Assembly (NCBI GenBank): GCA_038320345.1
Contig: JBBQED010000004.1
Coordinates: 256,678-320,677 of the forward strand
Reading direction: 5' to 3'
DNA length: 64,000 bases
Source of the DNA: Bacteroidia bacterium
GTDB lineage: Bacteria > Bacteroidota > Bacteroidia > AKYH767-A > OLB10
Translations under genes and position numbers: made by a program
In this document: piece after piece, positions 8,239-17,988 of the stretch
How positions within the stretch are numbered: position 1 is the first letter of the stretch
Layout of the letters: each line of letters opens with the position of its first letter
Notes under the pieces: generated by a model
What the model saw: only the letters and a program-made list of their open reading frames with translations
Databases searched by the model: none
Told to the model about the DNA's origin: nothing

Positions 8239-10986
8239 TTATTGCTTTACCATTTTCTTAGAATCAATTACTTTTCCATCGCAAATAAGCGTATAGGTAT
8301 AAATTCCGGAACTTAAGTCAGAAGCATAAACCTCTAAAGTTCCTTCGCCAAAAGTTTCAATTTTCGCAGAACGAAGCACTCTTCCGTTGTTATCCGAAAA
8401 CATAATTTTCGCTTCTTTAATATTCTCCGTTATATAGTAAGTTATTTGAGTGCTTTCAGCAAATGGATTAGGGTCATTTTGATTTAAAATGATTCCTTGA
8501 TTATTACTGAGTTCGATTTTTTGATTTGGATTTCCAATTTTATTACCACTATTGTTGACTGGAGAAGCCAGTAAAGTTGAAAGAACCGCCATAACTGAAT
8601 CCATATTATGTTTTTGAGTTTTGATTTCAGCCAGTAAAATAGGGACCAGTTCTATATAATTTAACGCTTTATAATCTACACCCGGAGTTATAATAGCACC
8701 AGTAGAATCGTAAGCTTCAGGCTGGCGTGTTCTTTTAACTAAACCTGGCAAAATACTTTCTACATCTTGAGCAAATAAGCCATAATGCACACCAGAGGGC
8801 AAGTTAATTCCCGGATAATTTACTGAATCAAATGTATATGTTTTAGGTTGTAATGCATCAATAATTGCAGATACATTTTGAGCATCTGTAACATTCTGCT
8901 TGAACTTCATATCTGAAGTTATATATGTACCATTTGTTACATAAACATCACCATTGAAGTAACCTGCTGCATCAGTACAAACGGCCGAAACACACGATCC
9001 AGGAGGTGCTACTCCATAAATACCATAATTATTAGTTCCAGTTGCTGCGTATCCATACACACCAAAATTATTTTGTGCCGGAGAGTAAGCTACAGCTTTA
9101 ACACCATAAACATCCGTTCCATCATCACCGTAACCTAAGGCATCCACACCAATACTTTCAGTAGTGCCGCTATGTCCATATCCACGTACACCGATGGCAT
9201 TTTTTCCAAGATAACCAACTCCATGAACTCCATAATTATAAGTAGCAGGAGTTCCTGTAGCTTCTACCTCTACTCCATAATTGGTAGGTGATATACCTTT
9301 TTCTGCTCCTGTTACTCTGCCATAAAATCCATATGAGGAAAGAGAATTAGTTCCACCTGTAATATTTGCCAGATAGCCTGTATTATACTCGCTGTTACCG
9401 TTTACATCTACATAATGTCCATATTTATGTGAATTTGCAACTGTTGTTGGATTTGCTGTTGTCCTAAAATATGAACCGTAAGATATCACATCAAAAGCTC
9501 CTGTTGAAAGATTTATTCCTGTGTTTGTTCCATTGGCACTGTGAGTAACAATTGCAATCCCAGTAGAATTCCCTGTGGAAGCATTAGTATAAGCTAGTGA
9601 CATTGCTTGATTAGTAACCGGAGCAACACCAACACCAACACCTACAAATCCATTCGCATCTTCCTGCATTGTTGCCTGACAAGCAGATGTACCTGCTGAA
9701 TTAGTATATTTCATAATATGGTTGGTGTTGCCACTACCTGCACAAGCATTGATACTACCTGCTCCCTGGTCTGGAACTAAAATAACATCCCCGGAGGCAT
9801 CTACTGTAAGAACTTTCCCAGTTGAGGCCACAGTGGGTGTAAAGCTAGATGTTAAATTTGTAAACCTTAATCCACTATTACCAGTTGTACCGTTTGTAAT
9901 TTCTAAAGTATTTGCAGGTGTTGAACCCGTATTAATTCCTACATTTCTTGGTGTAGTCCCTGCACGTGGCGAAATGATTAAATCTCCATTGGAAGTAGAT
10001 TCAAAATCTGTAAAGCGTGGAGTACCACCATGCGCTTGTGCTAATCTAAATTGAGGCACAGAACCACCATTAAATACTTCTAAGCGTCTGCCGGGGGATT
10101 GTGTATTAATACCAACGTTAGCATTATTACCATTTAATTCCGCTTCTATCACTAAATCACCTGATACTGTACATTCAAAATCCACATGTGCACCTTGAGC
10201 AATAGCAACATTTTGTGTGTGAGTTAAACGAAATTGTGGCAAGTTTAAACCTCCATCTAATACCTCTAAACGACGTTGAGGTCGAATGGTATTAGTTAAT
10301 GGTGGCTGACCGGCAATATAGAAATTCCCTATGCCAACATTTCCATTCCAACTTAACCGCATAGTCTCTAAACCATCATTTGTACCAGAAGTACCATTAA
10401 TTCCAAGTGGAGTTGCAAAAATAAATCGAAGGTCATTGAAATTATCAGGAAGTGCTGCGTTATCTCCCCAGCTAATTATTGCATCCATATGGTCATCCCA
10501 CAAATCCTGACTGTGGCCCATTGGATCAAATTCATGTTTAAGACCAAAATACATGTTATCATTTCGTGCATTAGTGTAAGTACCGACATCCATCCATGTC
10601 CGATGTCCACCTGCTCCAGTAATCCACCGATGACCAAGATGTAATAAGGAAACTGGAATAGCCGGAAACGCTCCAAACGTAGCATCATCTTCGCTTATTT
10701 GCATCCGTCCCACGTTTTGGAGTGTAACTCCATCGGGTGCTGTTAAATTGTCCTCAAAAATTCTTGCCCGAAGATTATTGAATGCTCCTGCTCCTCCTGT
10801 TGTGTAAAAATTGATTGGATTTGTATTTTCGTTTTTAATTTGAACATCTGCTGGATTCACTGTATTCCAACCCAAAAATTCTCCTCCTCCCGGACTTGTA
10901 TTTCCAAAAATAGTTGTTTGACATTTGATTAATGTAAAGTGCATACAAAAAATTACACTTAAACAAAGAAATTTAGATTTTTTCAT
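8239..10986 (-). CDS. Tail-fibre-like T9SS cargo with peptidase S74 intramolecular chaperone and type-A sorting domain
   Basis: Signal peptide; three 'NVGI..P...LEV/I' repeats; Gly/Tyr-rich beta-solenoid-like stretch; S74 motifs 'TSDMKFKQNV', 'YGLFAQDVE', 'LNYIELVPILLAEIK'; CTD 'QNDPNPF...SGIYTYTL...KKMVKQ'. Confidence 0.8.
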   Translation of the reverse strand: MKKSKFLCLSVIFCMHFTLIKCQTTIFGNTSPGGGEFLGWNTVNPADVQIKNENTNPINFYTTGGAGAFNNLRARIFEDNLTAPDGVTLQNVGRMQISEDDATFGAFPAIPVSLLHLGHRWITGAGGHRTWMDVGTYTNARNDNMYFGLKHEFDPMGHSQDLWDDHMDAIISWGDNAALPDNFNDLRFIFATPLGINGTSGTNDGLETMRLSWNGNVGIGNFYIAGQPPLTNTIRPQRRLEVLDGGLNLPQFRLTHTQNVAIAQGAHVDFECTVSGDLVIEAELNGNNANVGINTQSPGRRLEVFNGGSVPQFRLAQAHGGTPRFTDFESTSNGDLIISPRAGTTPRNVGINTGSTPANTLEITNGTTGNSGLRFTNLTSSFTPTVASTGKVLTVDASGDVILVPDQGAGSINACAGSGNTNHIMKYTNSAGTSACQATMQEDANGFVGVGVGVAPVTNQAMSLAYTNASTGNSTGIAIVTHSANGTNTGINLSTGAFDVISYGSYFRTTANPTTVANSHKYGHYVDVNGNSEYNTGYLANITGGTNSLSSYGFYGRVTGAEKGISPTNYGVEVEATGTPATYNYGVHGVGYLGKNAIGVRGYGHSGTTESIGVDALGYGDDGTDVYGVKAVAYSPAQNNFGVYGYAATGTNNYGIYGVAPPGSCVSAVCTDAAGYFNGDVYVTNGTYITSDMKFKQNVTDAQNVSAIIDALQPKTYTFDSVNYPGINLPSGVHYGLFAQDVESILPGLVKRTRQPEAYDSTGAIITPGVDYKALNYIELVPILLAEIKTQKHNMDSVMAVLSTLLASPVNNSGNKIGNPNQKIELSNNQGIILNQNDPNPFAESTQITYYITENIKEAKIMFSDNNGRVLRSAKIETFGEGTLEVYASDLSSGIYTYTLICDGKVIDSKKMVKQ

Positions 10987-10998
10987 GTGGTCAGGTTT

Positions 10999-11949
10999 TT
11001 ATCTTGTTAAAATCAACTTATATTTAAAAAATAATTTATTTCTTCTAAACAAATGACAAAAGTAAAGTCCACTAGATATATCATCAAGTGAATAAGTTTC
11101 ATTTTTATTAGATAATTTTCTAGAAATAAGTAACCGTCCACTTTGGTCAAAAATTTTTATATAATCATCATTCGAACTATTGGAAAATTTGATAAATCCA
11201 GGTGACGGATTGGGAAACATCAAACAGGGCAAATAAGTTAAGTCAGGTAAAGCAGTCCAATTTTGAGCGAATACTGAATCAGTTGAGACGCAGATGTCAT
11301 CTACGTAATAATAAGAGTAGTCAAAAAAAAGTCCCAAATTATTAGTGTCGGTATTTATGTCGTCGAAGAAATTTCCGACCATTATATAGGTGTAATTTGA
11401 ATCGGCAAAGAAACTTCCAGAAATTTTAGTCCAACTTAAAGTATCATCTAAAATTACATCCATATAAATGTGCGCAAAATTATTAATGGCAGGTTCATCA
11501 AATTGCGAATGCTGATAAACAGAAAATCTAGCCCCTAATTTATTTGTCGCTAAAGAATAATTATTTGTGTTTGCACAATTTACAAACATTGTAAAATAGT
11601 ACTTTACTCCCACAGTTAAACTAATAATTAAAGGAGCAGCAAAAAATTCTCGATAATTCGGACCATTTGGTCCAGCTGGATTTCTATAACTCACGATTCC
11701 TGCCATCCCAACCCCACTTCTTGGATATTGATATCCAAAAGGCATATCTGGCATATTGAAAATTGGATTACAGACATTATAATAATCAGGCGTATTTCCA
11801 AAATTAAACCAAGAGTTAGCAGCTTCTATTTGATTTAAATACTGAGGGCAAAACAAAGTATCCTCAAAACTCGGATTAGGCACCAGATTTTGCTGAGCCT
11901 GTGCGGGGATATAAAGCAATAAAAGCAATATCAAAGTTAAATGCCTCAT
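10999..11949 (-). CDS. Secreted T9SS type-A cargo with an N-terminal 'QNLVPNPSFE' carbohydrate-binding-like domain
   Basis: Signal peptide; 'NLVPNPSFE', 'TPDY', 'YYYVDDICV'; CTD 'FPNP...SGLYF...KLIL'. Confidence 0.7.
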   Translation of the reverse strand: MRHLTLILLLLLYIPAQAQQNLVPNPSFEDTLFCPQYLNQIEAANSWFNFGNTPDYYNVCNPIFNMPDMPFGYQYPRSGVGMAGIVSYRNPAGPNGPNYREFFAAPLIISLTVGVKYYFTMFVNCANTNNYSLATNKLGARFSVYQHSQFDEPAINNFAHIYMDVILDDTLSWTKISGSFFADSNYTYIMVGNFFDDINTDTNNLGLFFDYSYYYVDDICVSTDSVFAQNWTALPDLTYLPCLMFPNPSPGFIKFSNSSNDDYIKIFDQSGRLLISRKLSNKNETYSLDDISSGLYFCHLFRRNKLFFKYKLILTR

Positions 11950-12249
11950 TGGTGAAAATTTAAATAGTGTTAAGTAAAAGTAATGGGAAATATTGGAAAT
12001 GCAAATATTTATGCATTTATTATTAAATTAATTCAATACAAAATATAGTGTAGCATAATTACAGTAAAAATCAATTAGCAATTTAACTTATTAATACTGC
12101 TCCGCACAACAAATCAAGAGCATGATCAGCGTTGTAGGAAGTTGATGTAGCATCTCCCGGATTCCAAATCCTAAAGCCATCTGTTGCATTGAGTAATTGA
12201 TTTTCCTGCATTGTCTAAACATATATCAGCAAATAATATTTAAATAATT

Positions 12250-12990
12250 TCACTTTTCAATGCGGGCAAGTCGTAAGAATATTGGAAAAACAACTTTATG
12301 ATGTTCTTTTCGACTCAAAACTTGCTTCAACTCAGTTCTGATAAGATCCAGAGGATTTTTTTGATGGGCTTTTTGATAATGCTTCACAGCCGACCATGTT
12401 TCCAAATATCCTAAAATTTGCTCCGCAGTCCAGTTCAGTTCCATTTTAAAATCCTCATGACTGATTTCATGAAAAGGGAATGGGATAGTTTGATAATTCT
12501 CATCTAGATATCGGCGTTCATAATCCCAATAAACGCCAATAACACTATCATAAAATTCAGTGATAATTGCATCTACTTCTGATGAAATCTGAAAAAATCC
12601 GTAACCAAACACAGCAAGAATCGCTTCTGGTTTCGCAGTACGTTTTACTTCCGCATAAAAAAGATCGAAATCAAACCAGTGAATAGCTTGAGCGACTGTA
12701 ATTAGATCAAAAGAATTATCTGGAAACGTTGTAAGCTCTGCTCTACTAACACTATAAACAATTTTGTTGTTCGGTGCTGCTTGCTGAATTTGCTGTGTAC
12801 TAATATCTGTAGCCTGTACAGTCGTAAAATATTCCGATAAAACTTGCGCTACTTGACCATTTCCAGTGCCACAATCCCAAGCTTGATTATTTTCCTTGAC
12901 TAACGAGACAATAAAACGAAGCATCTCTGCTGGATAAACGGGCCGATACTTTGCATAGAGATGACTGGCGTTAGAAAAATTATCTTTCAT
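12250..12990 (-). CDS. Class I SAM-dependent methyltransferase
   Basis: 'WDCGTGNGQ' motif I; 'FDLITVAQAIHWF'. Confidence 0.85.
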   Translation of the reverse strand: MKDNFSNASHLYAKYRPVYPAEMLRFIVSLVKENNQAWDCGTGNGQVAQVLSEYFTTVQATDISTQQIQQAAPNNKIVYSVSRAELTTFPDNSFDLITVAQAIHWFDFDLFYAEVKRTAKPEAILAVFGYGFFQISSEVDAIITEFYDSVIGVYWDYERRYLDENYQTIPFPFHEISHEDFKMELNWTAEQILGYLETWSAVKHYQKAHQKNPLDLIRTELKQVLSRKEHHKVVFPIFLRLARIEK

Positions 12991-13002
12991 GTTAATCGTG
13001 TT

Positions 13003-13410
13003 TTATTTTTGGAAGGACTGATCTAATTCAACAGCTTCATGCAGCAACAATGTTAATGCATGTTGATCGATTTCATAAATCGAATGGTAGATTTTATAAT
13101 ACACTTGTTTATTAGTACCCTGTGTAAGATAACTATTTACATCCTTTAGTTTGTTGCCCTGGCAAAAACCAAATAATACTCCATCGCGAATTCCACCCGA
13201 TGGTATAGCGCCTGGCCAGATCAAACATATTCTTTTCTTCCCGTAAAAAAATGGAACATTATAAGCAAGCTTTTCCCTACAAGTATCCGGTAAAACCGAC
13301 CAAACAATTTCTTTCAAGTAATCTACTATCATACGTTGATCGTCCGGCAAAAATTGTCGGAACTCCGTATACGATTGGAATTTTAAGCACTGTTGAAATG
13401 ACTTAGCCAT
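13003..13410 (-). CDS. DUF1801 (YdhG-like) domain protein
   Basis: 'EKLAYNVPFF', 'LFGFCQG..L', 'LLHEAVELD'. Start moved to the downstream ATG (MAKSF) after a TAAATTTG -7 element. Confidence 0.7.
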   Translation of the reverse strand: MAKSFQQCLKFQSYTEFRQFLPDDQRMIVDYLKEIVWSVLPDTCREKLAYNVPFFYGKKRICLIWPGAIPSGGIRDGVLFGFCQGNKLKDVNSYLTQGTNKQVYYKIYHSIYEIDQHALTLLLHEAVELDQSFQK

Positions 13411-13698
13411 AAGATGAATGTGCCAACTTCGGATCAAATTTAAGCACTAAAGTGCTCTTCGACCAATAACTGATGGGGGTGGTGGTCTAAAATTAGGAGA
13501 TAATTCAATAATTCCAAAATTTACTCCTATTCTACCTCCCAAAGGGAAGTAATTAAAATGCTCTCATATGTTAGTGGAATCAATTTAAGAGGTAATAAAA
13601 AAACTAGTATTAAATAAAATGCCGGTGAAGCATAAATATGCTATTTCTTAATTGCGCTTTTACTTGAAATAATCTGCATTAAAATATTTTTTCAAATT

Positions 13699-13727
13699 TG
13701 TAACATTCATGGAGAACTGGGCTCTTT
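13699..13727 (+). promoter_or_regulatory. Possible ECF-type promoter (TGTAAC -35) upstream of the hydrolase/ECF/anti-sigma operon
   Basis: TGTAAC at 13699-13704, about 45 nt upstream of the ATG; ECF operons are commonly autoregulated. Confidence 0.3.
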
Positions 13728-13748
13728 CCATTATAAAACTGATAAACT

Positions 13749-14597
13749 ATGAAGAAATTTCAGTTAGCACTTCTTTTTACAATGCTCTACGGAGCCTGTA
13801 GTGTAGGTCAGGCCCAGACATCCAAATACCCATTTGAGGTGAGCATAACTGGAAAAGGAAACCGTGCTATTGTATTTATCCCTGGGTTTTCATGTTCTGG
13901 AGATGTATGGAATGAAACGCGCAAAGATTATGAGAATGCATACACCTGTTATACATTAACGATGGCTGGCTTTGCTGGTGTGAATCCTGTAGGAGAAATA
14001 AAATTTTCTGCTTGGGAAAAAGGAATCGCAACATATATTATTGACAATAAAATTACTAAGCCCATTATTATTGGTCACAGTATGGGCGGAGGACTAGCAA
14101 TGGCCATCGCTGCAGATTATCCGGATCTACTCTCAGGAATCATTGTTGTAGATGCGCTACCGTGTTTGTCAGCCATGATGAATCCTACATTCAAATCCAA
14201 AGAAAATAATGATTGTAGTGCGATGACGCAACAGATTGTGAGTGCCAGCTCAGAGGATTTCTTGCACATGCAGAAAGCATCTATAGCATCATTAATGTCA
14301 GATACTACAATGCAAGATCTAGTAGTAGGATGGTCGGTGAAATCCGATAGAAAAACGTTCGGAGATATGTATTGTGACTTCAGCAATACTGATCTACGAG
14401 AAAAAATTATTGCTATTAAATGTCCGGCATTAATCTTACTCGAATCCTATTTTGCTAATTTTAAACCCGCGATGAAGGATCAATTCAAAAATCTCCAAAC
14501 AGCTAATCTACAATATGCAAATAAAGGTCTGCACTTTATCATGTATGACGATACTGAATGGTACAATGCACAGTTAAAGAAATTCTTGACGCAATAG
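13749..14597 (+). CDS. Secreted alpha/beta hydrolase
   Basis: Signal peptide; 'FIPG' oxyanion loop; nucleophile elbow 'GHSMG'; C-terminal 'GLHFIMYD'. Confidence 0.85.
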   Translation: MKKFQLALLFTMLYGACSVGQAQTSKYPFEVSITGKGNRAIVFIPGFSCSGDVWNETRKDYENAYTCYTLTMAGFAGVNPVGEIKFSAWEKGIATYIIDNKITKPIIIGHSMGGGLAMAIAADYPDLLSGIIVVDALPCLSAMMNPTFKSKENNDCSAMTQQIVSASSEDFLHMQKASIASLMSDTTMQDLVVGWSVKSDRKTFGDMYCDFSNTDLREKIIAIKCPALILLESYFANFKPAMKDQFKNLQTANLQYANKGLHFIMYDDTEWYNAQLKKFLTQ

Positions 14598-14603
14598 TAG
14601 GAT

Positions 14604-15071
14604 ATGGTTTTTGAAGACATTTATAAAACGCACTGGAAAAGAGTATTTCGTTTGTGCATGGGATATGTGAATGATGCTGATGTCGCCAAAGATATTGCAC
14701 AGGAAACATTTATTATCGTTTGGCAGCAGTTACCAAAGTTAAGAAGCGATGTTGCACTGGTCTCCTGGATATTAAAAATCGCATCCAACCAATGCTTGAG
14801 ACAAATTGGAAAAGAAAATAAATTTCCAAAAACAGATTTACTTCCTGAAATTCCAGAAGCACCTCCACCAGAAATCGAAGACAAGGTAAAATTTCTTTAT
14901 CAATGTATTGCTGAACTTAAAGAAACAGATCGTCTTATAATTTCTCTTGAATTGGAGGATGTTAATCAGTCAGAAATCGCTGAAATCATGGGGCTTACTC
15001 CCTCTAATGTGCGGGTAAGGATCCACAGAATAAAAGAATTATTAACAGAAAAATTTAGACGTTATGAGTAA
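14604..15071 (+). CDS. ECF RNA polymerase sigma factor
   Basis: Region 2 'AKDIAQETF..VW...SWI.KIA.N.C'; region 4 'EIAEIMGLTPSNVRVRIHRIK'. Confidence 0.9.
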   Translation: MVFEDIYKTHWKRVFRLCMGYVNDADVAKDIAQETFIIVWQQLPKLRSDVALVSWILKIASNQCLRQIGKENKFPKTDLLPEIPEAPPPEIEDKVKFLYQCIAELKETDRLIISLELEDVNQSEIAEIMGLTPSNVRVRIHRIKELLTEKFRRYE

Positions 15072-15657
15072 TCAACAAGACTTTAAAGCATTGTGGAATC
15101 AGCAGGATGCCAATGCTCCAGATATAAAAGCACTTTATAAAAAAGCAAATCAATACAAACGCAAAAGTATAGTAAAGTTAGTCCTTACGAATATTTTGTT
15201 GATTGCTACTTCACTATTTATTGGATCTATCTGGTACTATTTTCAACCGGAGATGACCAGCACAAAAATTGGAATTATCCTAATAATAGTGGCGATGGTA
15301 TTGTATTTAGCCGCTTTTAATTTAATGATCCCACTCTTAAATAAAATCGGTTCTGAGATGAATGCTAAAGAATATCTACAAAAATTTCAGGCTTTAAAAC
15401 AAAAGCAAATTTTTCTGCAGACGACGATGATGAATTTGTATTTCTTTTTATTGTCGTTAGGACTTGCATTATATATGTATGAATATGCAGTACGATCTTT
15501 ACCTTTTATGATCGTGGTATACGCCCTTACTTTTACATGGATCGGAATCAGCTGGTTCTATCTAAGACCTAAAAAGATAAAATCAGAAACGCTTAAGTTG
15601 GAAGAATTACTTCATAAGTTTGAAAGAATCAATGAGCAGTTCAAGGGGGGCGAGTAA
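15064..15657 (+). CDS. Putative membrane anti-sigma factor (4 TM)
   Basis: Overlaps the ECF stop codon; 'DFKALWNQQ' N-terminus followed by four hydrophobic segments. Confidence 0.65.
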   Translation: MSNQQDFKALWNQQDANAPDIKALYKKANQYKRKSIVKLVLTNILLIATSLFIGSIWYYFQPEMTSTKIGIILIIVAMVLYLAAFNLMIPLLNKIGSEMNAKEYLQKFQALKQKQIFLQTTMMNLYFFLLSLGLALYMYEYAVRSLPFMIVVYALTFTWIGISWFYLRPKKIKSETLKLEELLHKFERINEQFKGGE

Positions 15658-15759
15658 TCTTACTGAACTTTAGAAATGACTACAAAGGCGCAATTTTTAG
15701 GAATGTTAAATCAATAGTAACAATAACTTCAACTATATTGTCATTTTTCTGTTCTCCTT

Positions 15760-15786
15760 TGTCCAATCTAGGAAATTCATTCGTTA
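15760..15786 (+). promoter_or_regulatory. Putative ECF42-type promoter TGTCCA-N16-CGTT
   Basis: Resembles the TGTC(-35)/CG(-10) promoters of ECF42 sigma factors and lies about 40 nt upstream of the VOC-YciI-ECF42 operon. Confidence 0.5.
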
Positions 15787-15827
15787 TTGGGGTGTAATTG
15801 ATAAATAACCCTCTAAAACTAAAAAAA

Positions 15828-16211
15828 ATGACAGGTAAAGAAAATGCTCTCAATTGGTTTGAAATCCCTGCTGACGATATTAGTCGCGCTAAAAAATTCT
15901 ACGAAACCATCTTTGGCTTTAAGATGCCGGATCAGGAAATGATGGGTATGAAGATGGCGATGTTCCCCTCTGAAGATATGAATGGCAAGGTATCAGGATG
16001 TGTGGTACAAAGTACGGCTCACAAGCCGAGCAAAGATGGCTCTAAAATCTACCTCAATGGAAATCCAGATCTGTCTGCTGCCTTATCTAAAATAGATGGA
16101 GCGGGAGGTAAAGTGGTGATGCCCAAAACAAAAATTAGTGATGAGATTGGATTTATGGCTTTTTTCTTAGATTCGGAAGGGAATAATGTAGCGCTACACT
16201 CCAATCAATAA
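15828..16211 (+). CDS. VOC/glyoxalase family protein
   Basis: 'NWFEIPADDISRAKKFY', 'GGKVVMPKT', 'FLDSEGN.VALHS'. Confidence 0.85.
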   Translation: MTGKENALNWFEIPADDISRAKKFYETIFGFKMPDQEMMGMKMAMFPSEDMNGKVSGCVVQSTAHKPSKDGSKIYLNGNPDLSAALSKIDGAGGKVVMPKTKISDEIGFMAFFLDSEGNNVALHSNQ

Positions 16212-16222
16212 CCTTAAAATCT

Positions 16223-16570
16223 ATGAAAGAATTTCTTTTAATCTTCAGAAGTGAATCTCCTAGTACCGAACCTCCAATGTCGCCCGATCAAATTCAGGCG
16301 ATGATGAAACCTTGGCAAGACTGGATTGGAAGTTTGGCGGCTCAAAATAAATTGGTAAGTACTGGCAACAGGCTTGAACAAGATGGAAAAGTGATAAAGC
16401 CAGGCAATATCGTTACCAATGGTCCATTTGTTGAAATTAAAGAAAGCATTGGCGGTTATACCATCATCCGTGCAGAAAACTTGGAAGAAGCAACTGAACT
16501 TTCTAAAGGTTGTCCAATCCTCTTTGTTGGAGGCACCGTGGAGATTCGTGCTATCATTCCCATGGATTAA
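16223..16570 (+). CDS. YciI/DGPF family protein
   Basis: 'VTNGPFVEIKESIGGY', 'CP...GGTVEIR'; the usual partner of ECF42. Confidence 0.85.
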   Translation: MKEFLLIFRSESPSTEPPMSPDQIQAMMKPWQDWIGSLAAQNKLVSTGNRLEQDGKVIKPGNIVTNGPFVEIKESIGGYTIIRAENLEEATELSKGCPILFVGGTVEIRAIIPMD

Positions 16571-16580
16571 ATTCCAAATT

Positions 16581-16620
16581 CAAAAATAATCTCCTGATCT
16601 TTATCGGGAGATTATTTTTG
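16581..16620 (+). terminator. Long intergenic hairpin (terminator/attenuator) between yciI-like and ECF42 genes
   Basis: CAAAAATAATCTCCTGAT-CTTT-ATCGGGAGATTATTTTTG. Confidence 0.7.
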
Positions 16621-16630
16621 ATTCGCCTTC

Positions 16631-17860
16631 ATGCAAGAACAGGAACTACTTCCACATTTATTCAGGACTGAATACAGAAAAATCATAGCTGTATTAGTTA
16701 AGGTTTTTGGGATTGAGTATATTGAAATAGCCGAGGACATTGTAAGTGATACTTTTTTACAAGCCGCTGAAACATGGGGGTTAAAAGGTACTCCCACAAA
16801 TCCAACGGCATGGTTATATGCAGTGTCAAAAAATAAAGCGCTTGATTTTTTAAGGAGGCAGAAACTATTTGCAGATAAAATAAGTGTTGACCTTAAGCAA
16901 ACAGAAACTATCATCTCTGAAGATGAAATTGATCTGAGCAATAAAAATATGAATGATAGTCAGCTACAAATGATGTTTACTATTTGTCAGCCTTGTATCT
17001 CCATCGAATCTCAAATTGGATTATCGCTCAGCATACTATGTGGATTTGGAGTCGATGAAATTGCTGATGCTTTTCTTACCAGCAAAGAAACGATTTATAA
17101 ACGGCTTAACAGAGCGAAAGAAAAGCTAAGATCTGAAAAGATCAAGATCGAAATCCCAGCAAAATCCGAGATCAACATTCGGCTAGATACAGTTCTCGCA
17201 ACATTGTATCTCCTTTTTAGCGAAGGCTATTATTCTACGTCTCAGAAAATAACCTTACGCAAAGAATTATGTGTAGAGGCGATGCGTCTCAACTTAATGT
17301 TAATTGAAAATACGGAAACCAATTCTCCTGAAGCCAATGCACTTTTATCGCTGATGTGTTTTCATGCTTCACGCTTTGAAGCCCGCACGAATTCACAAGG
17401 CGAAATCATTTTGTACGAAGATCAAGATGAAAAACTATGGAACCATGAATTAATTACGAGGGGAGAATTGTATTTGAATAAAGCTTCCAAGGGAACACGG
17501 CTTTCCAAATATCATCTGGAAGCAGCCATCGCCTATTGGCATACACAAAAGGCTGATGTGAAACAAAAGTGGGAAAATATTTTGCAACTATACAATCGGC
17601 TATTGCAATTGGAATATTCACCTATCGCTGCTTTAAATAGAACGTATGCATTATCTAAAGCAAACAGTAAAGAAGAGGCAATTGTAGAGGCTGAAAAATT
17701 AAAATTAATTGATAATCATTTGTATCATTCGCTGCTTGGTCATTTGTACACATCCATTAATAATCAGAAAGCGGTGGCCCATTATAAAAAAGCCATGGAT
17801 CTATGCAAAAATACCGGCGAAAAATTAATCATTGCTAATAATATTAAAAGGATTCTCTAA
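16631..17860 (+). CDS. ECF42-type sigma factor with C-terminal TPR-like (DUF6596) extension
   Basis: Sigma region 2 'AEDIVSDTF..A.ETW...NPTAWLY'; region 4 'EIADAFL...TIYKRL.RAK'; 'LYLLFSEGY', 'YHLEAAIA', 'ALNR'. Confidence 0.85.
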   Translation: MQEQELLPHLFRTEYRKIIAVLVKVFGIEYIEIAEDIVSDTFLQAAETWGLKGTPTNPTAWLYAVSKNKALDFLRRQKLFADKISVDLKQTETIISEDEIDLSNKNMNDSQLQMMFTICQPCISIESQIGLSLSILCGFGVDEIADAFLTSKETIYKRLNRAKEKLRSEKIKIEIPAKSEINIRLDTVLATLYLLFSEGYYSTSQKITLRKELCVEAMRLNLMLIENTETNSPEANALLSLMCFHASRFEARTNSQGEIILYEDQDEKLWNHELITRGELYLNKASKGTRLSKYHLEAAIAYWHTQKADVKQKWENILQLYNRLLQLEYSPIAALNRTYALSKANSKEEAIVEAEKLKLIDNHLYHSLLGHLYTSINNQKAVAHYKKAMDLCKNTGEKLIIANNIKRIL

Positions 17861-17988
17861 CAAAATCAACGAACTATTTTAGTTCATTGATTTAGTTGGG
17901 AAAGTAGTCTGTTACAACTTTCGGGCAGTTTATAATTTTCTGCTTTCAGAAAAAACACCTACTTTCATCAGCATAAATAAATGTTCAG

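Noticed and set aside
8239-10986. Prophage, suggested by the tail-fibre/S74 domain
   Set aside because: The protein has a signal peptide and T9SS CTD; no capsid, terminase, integrase or att sites are visible.
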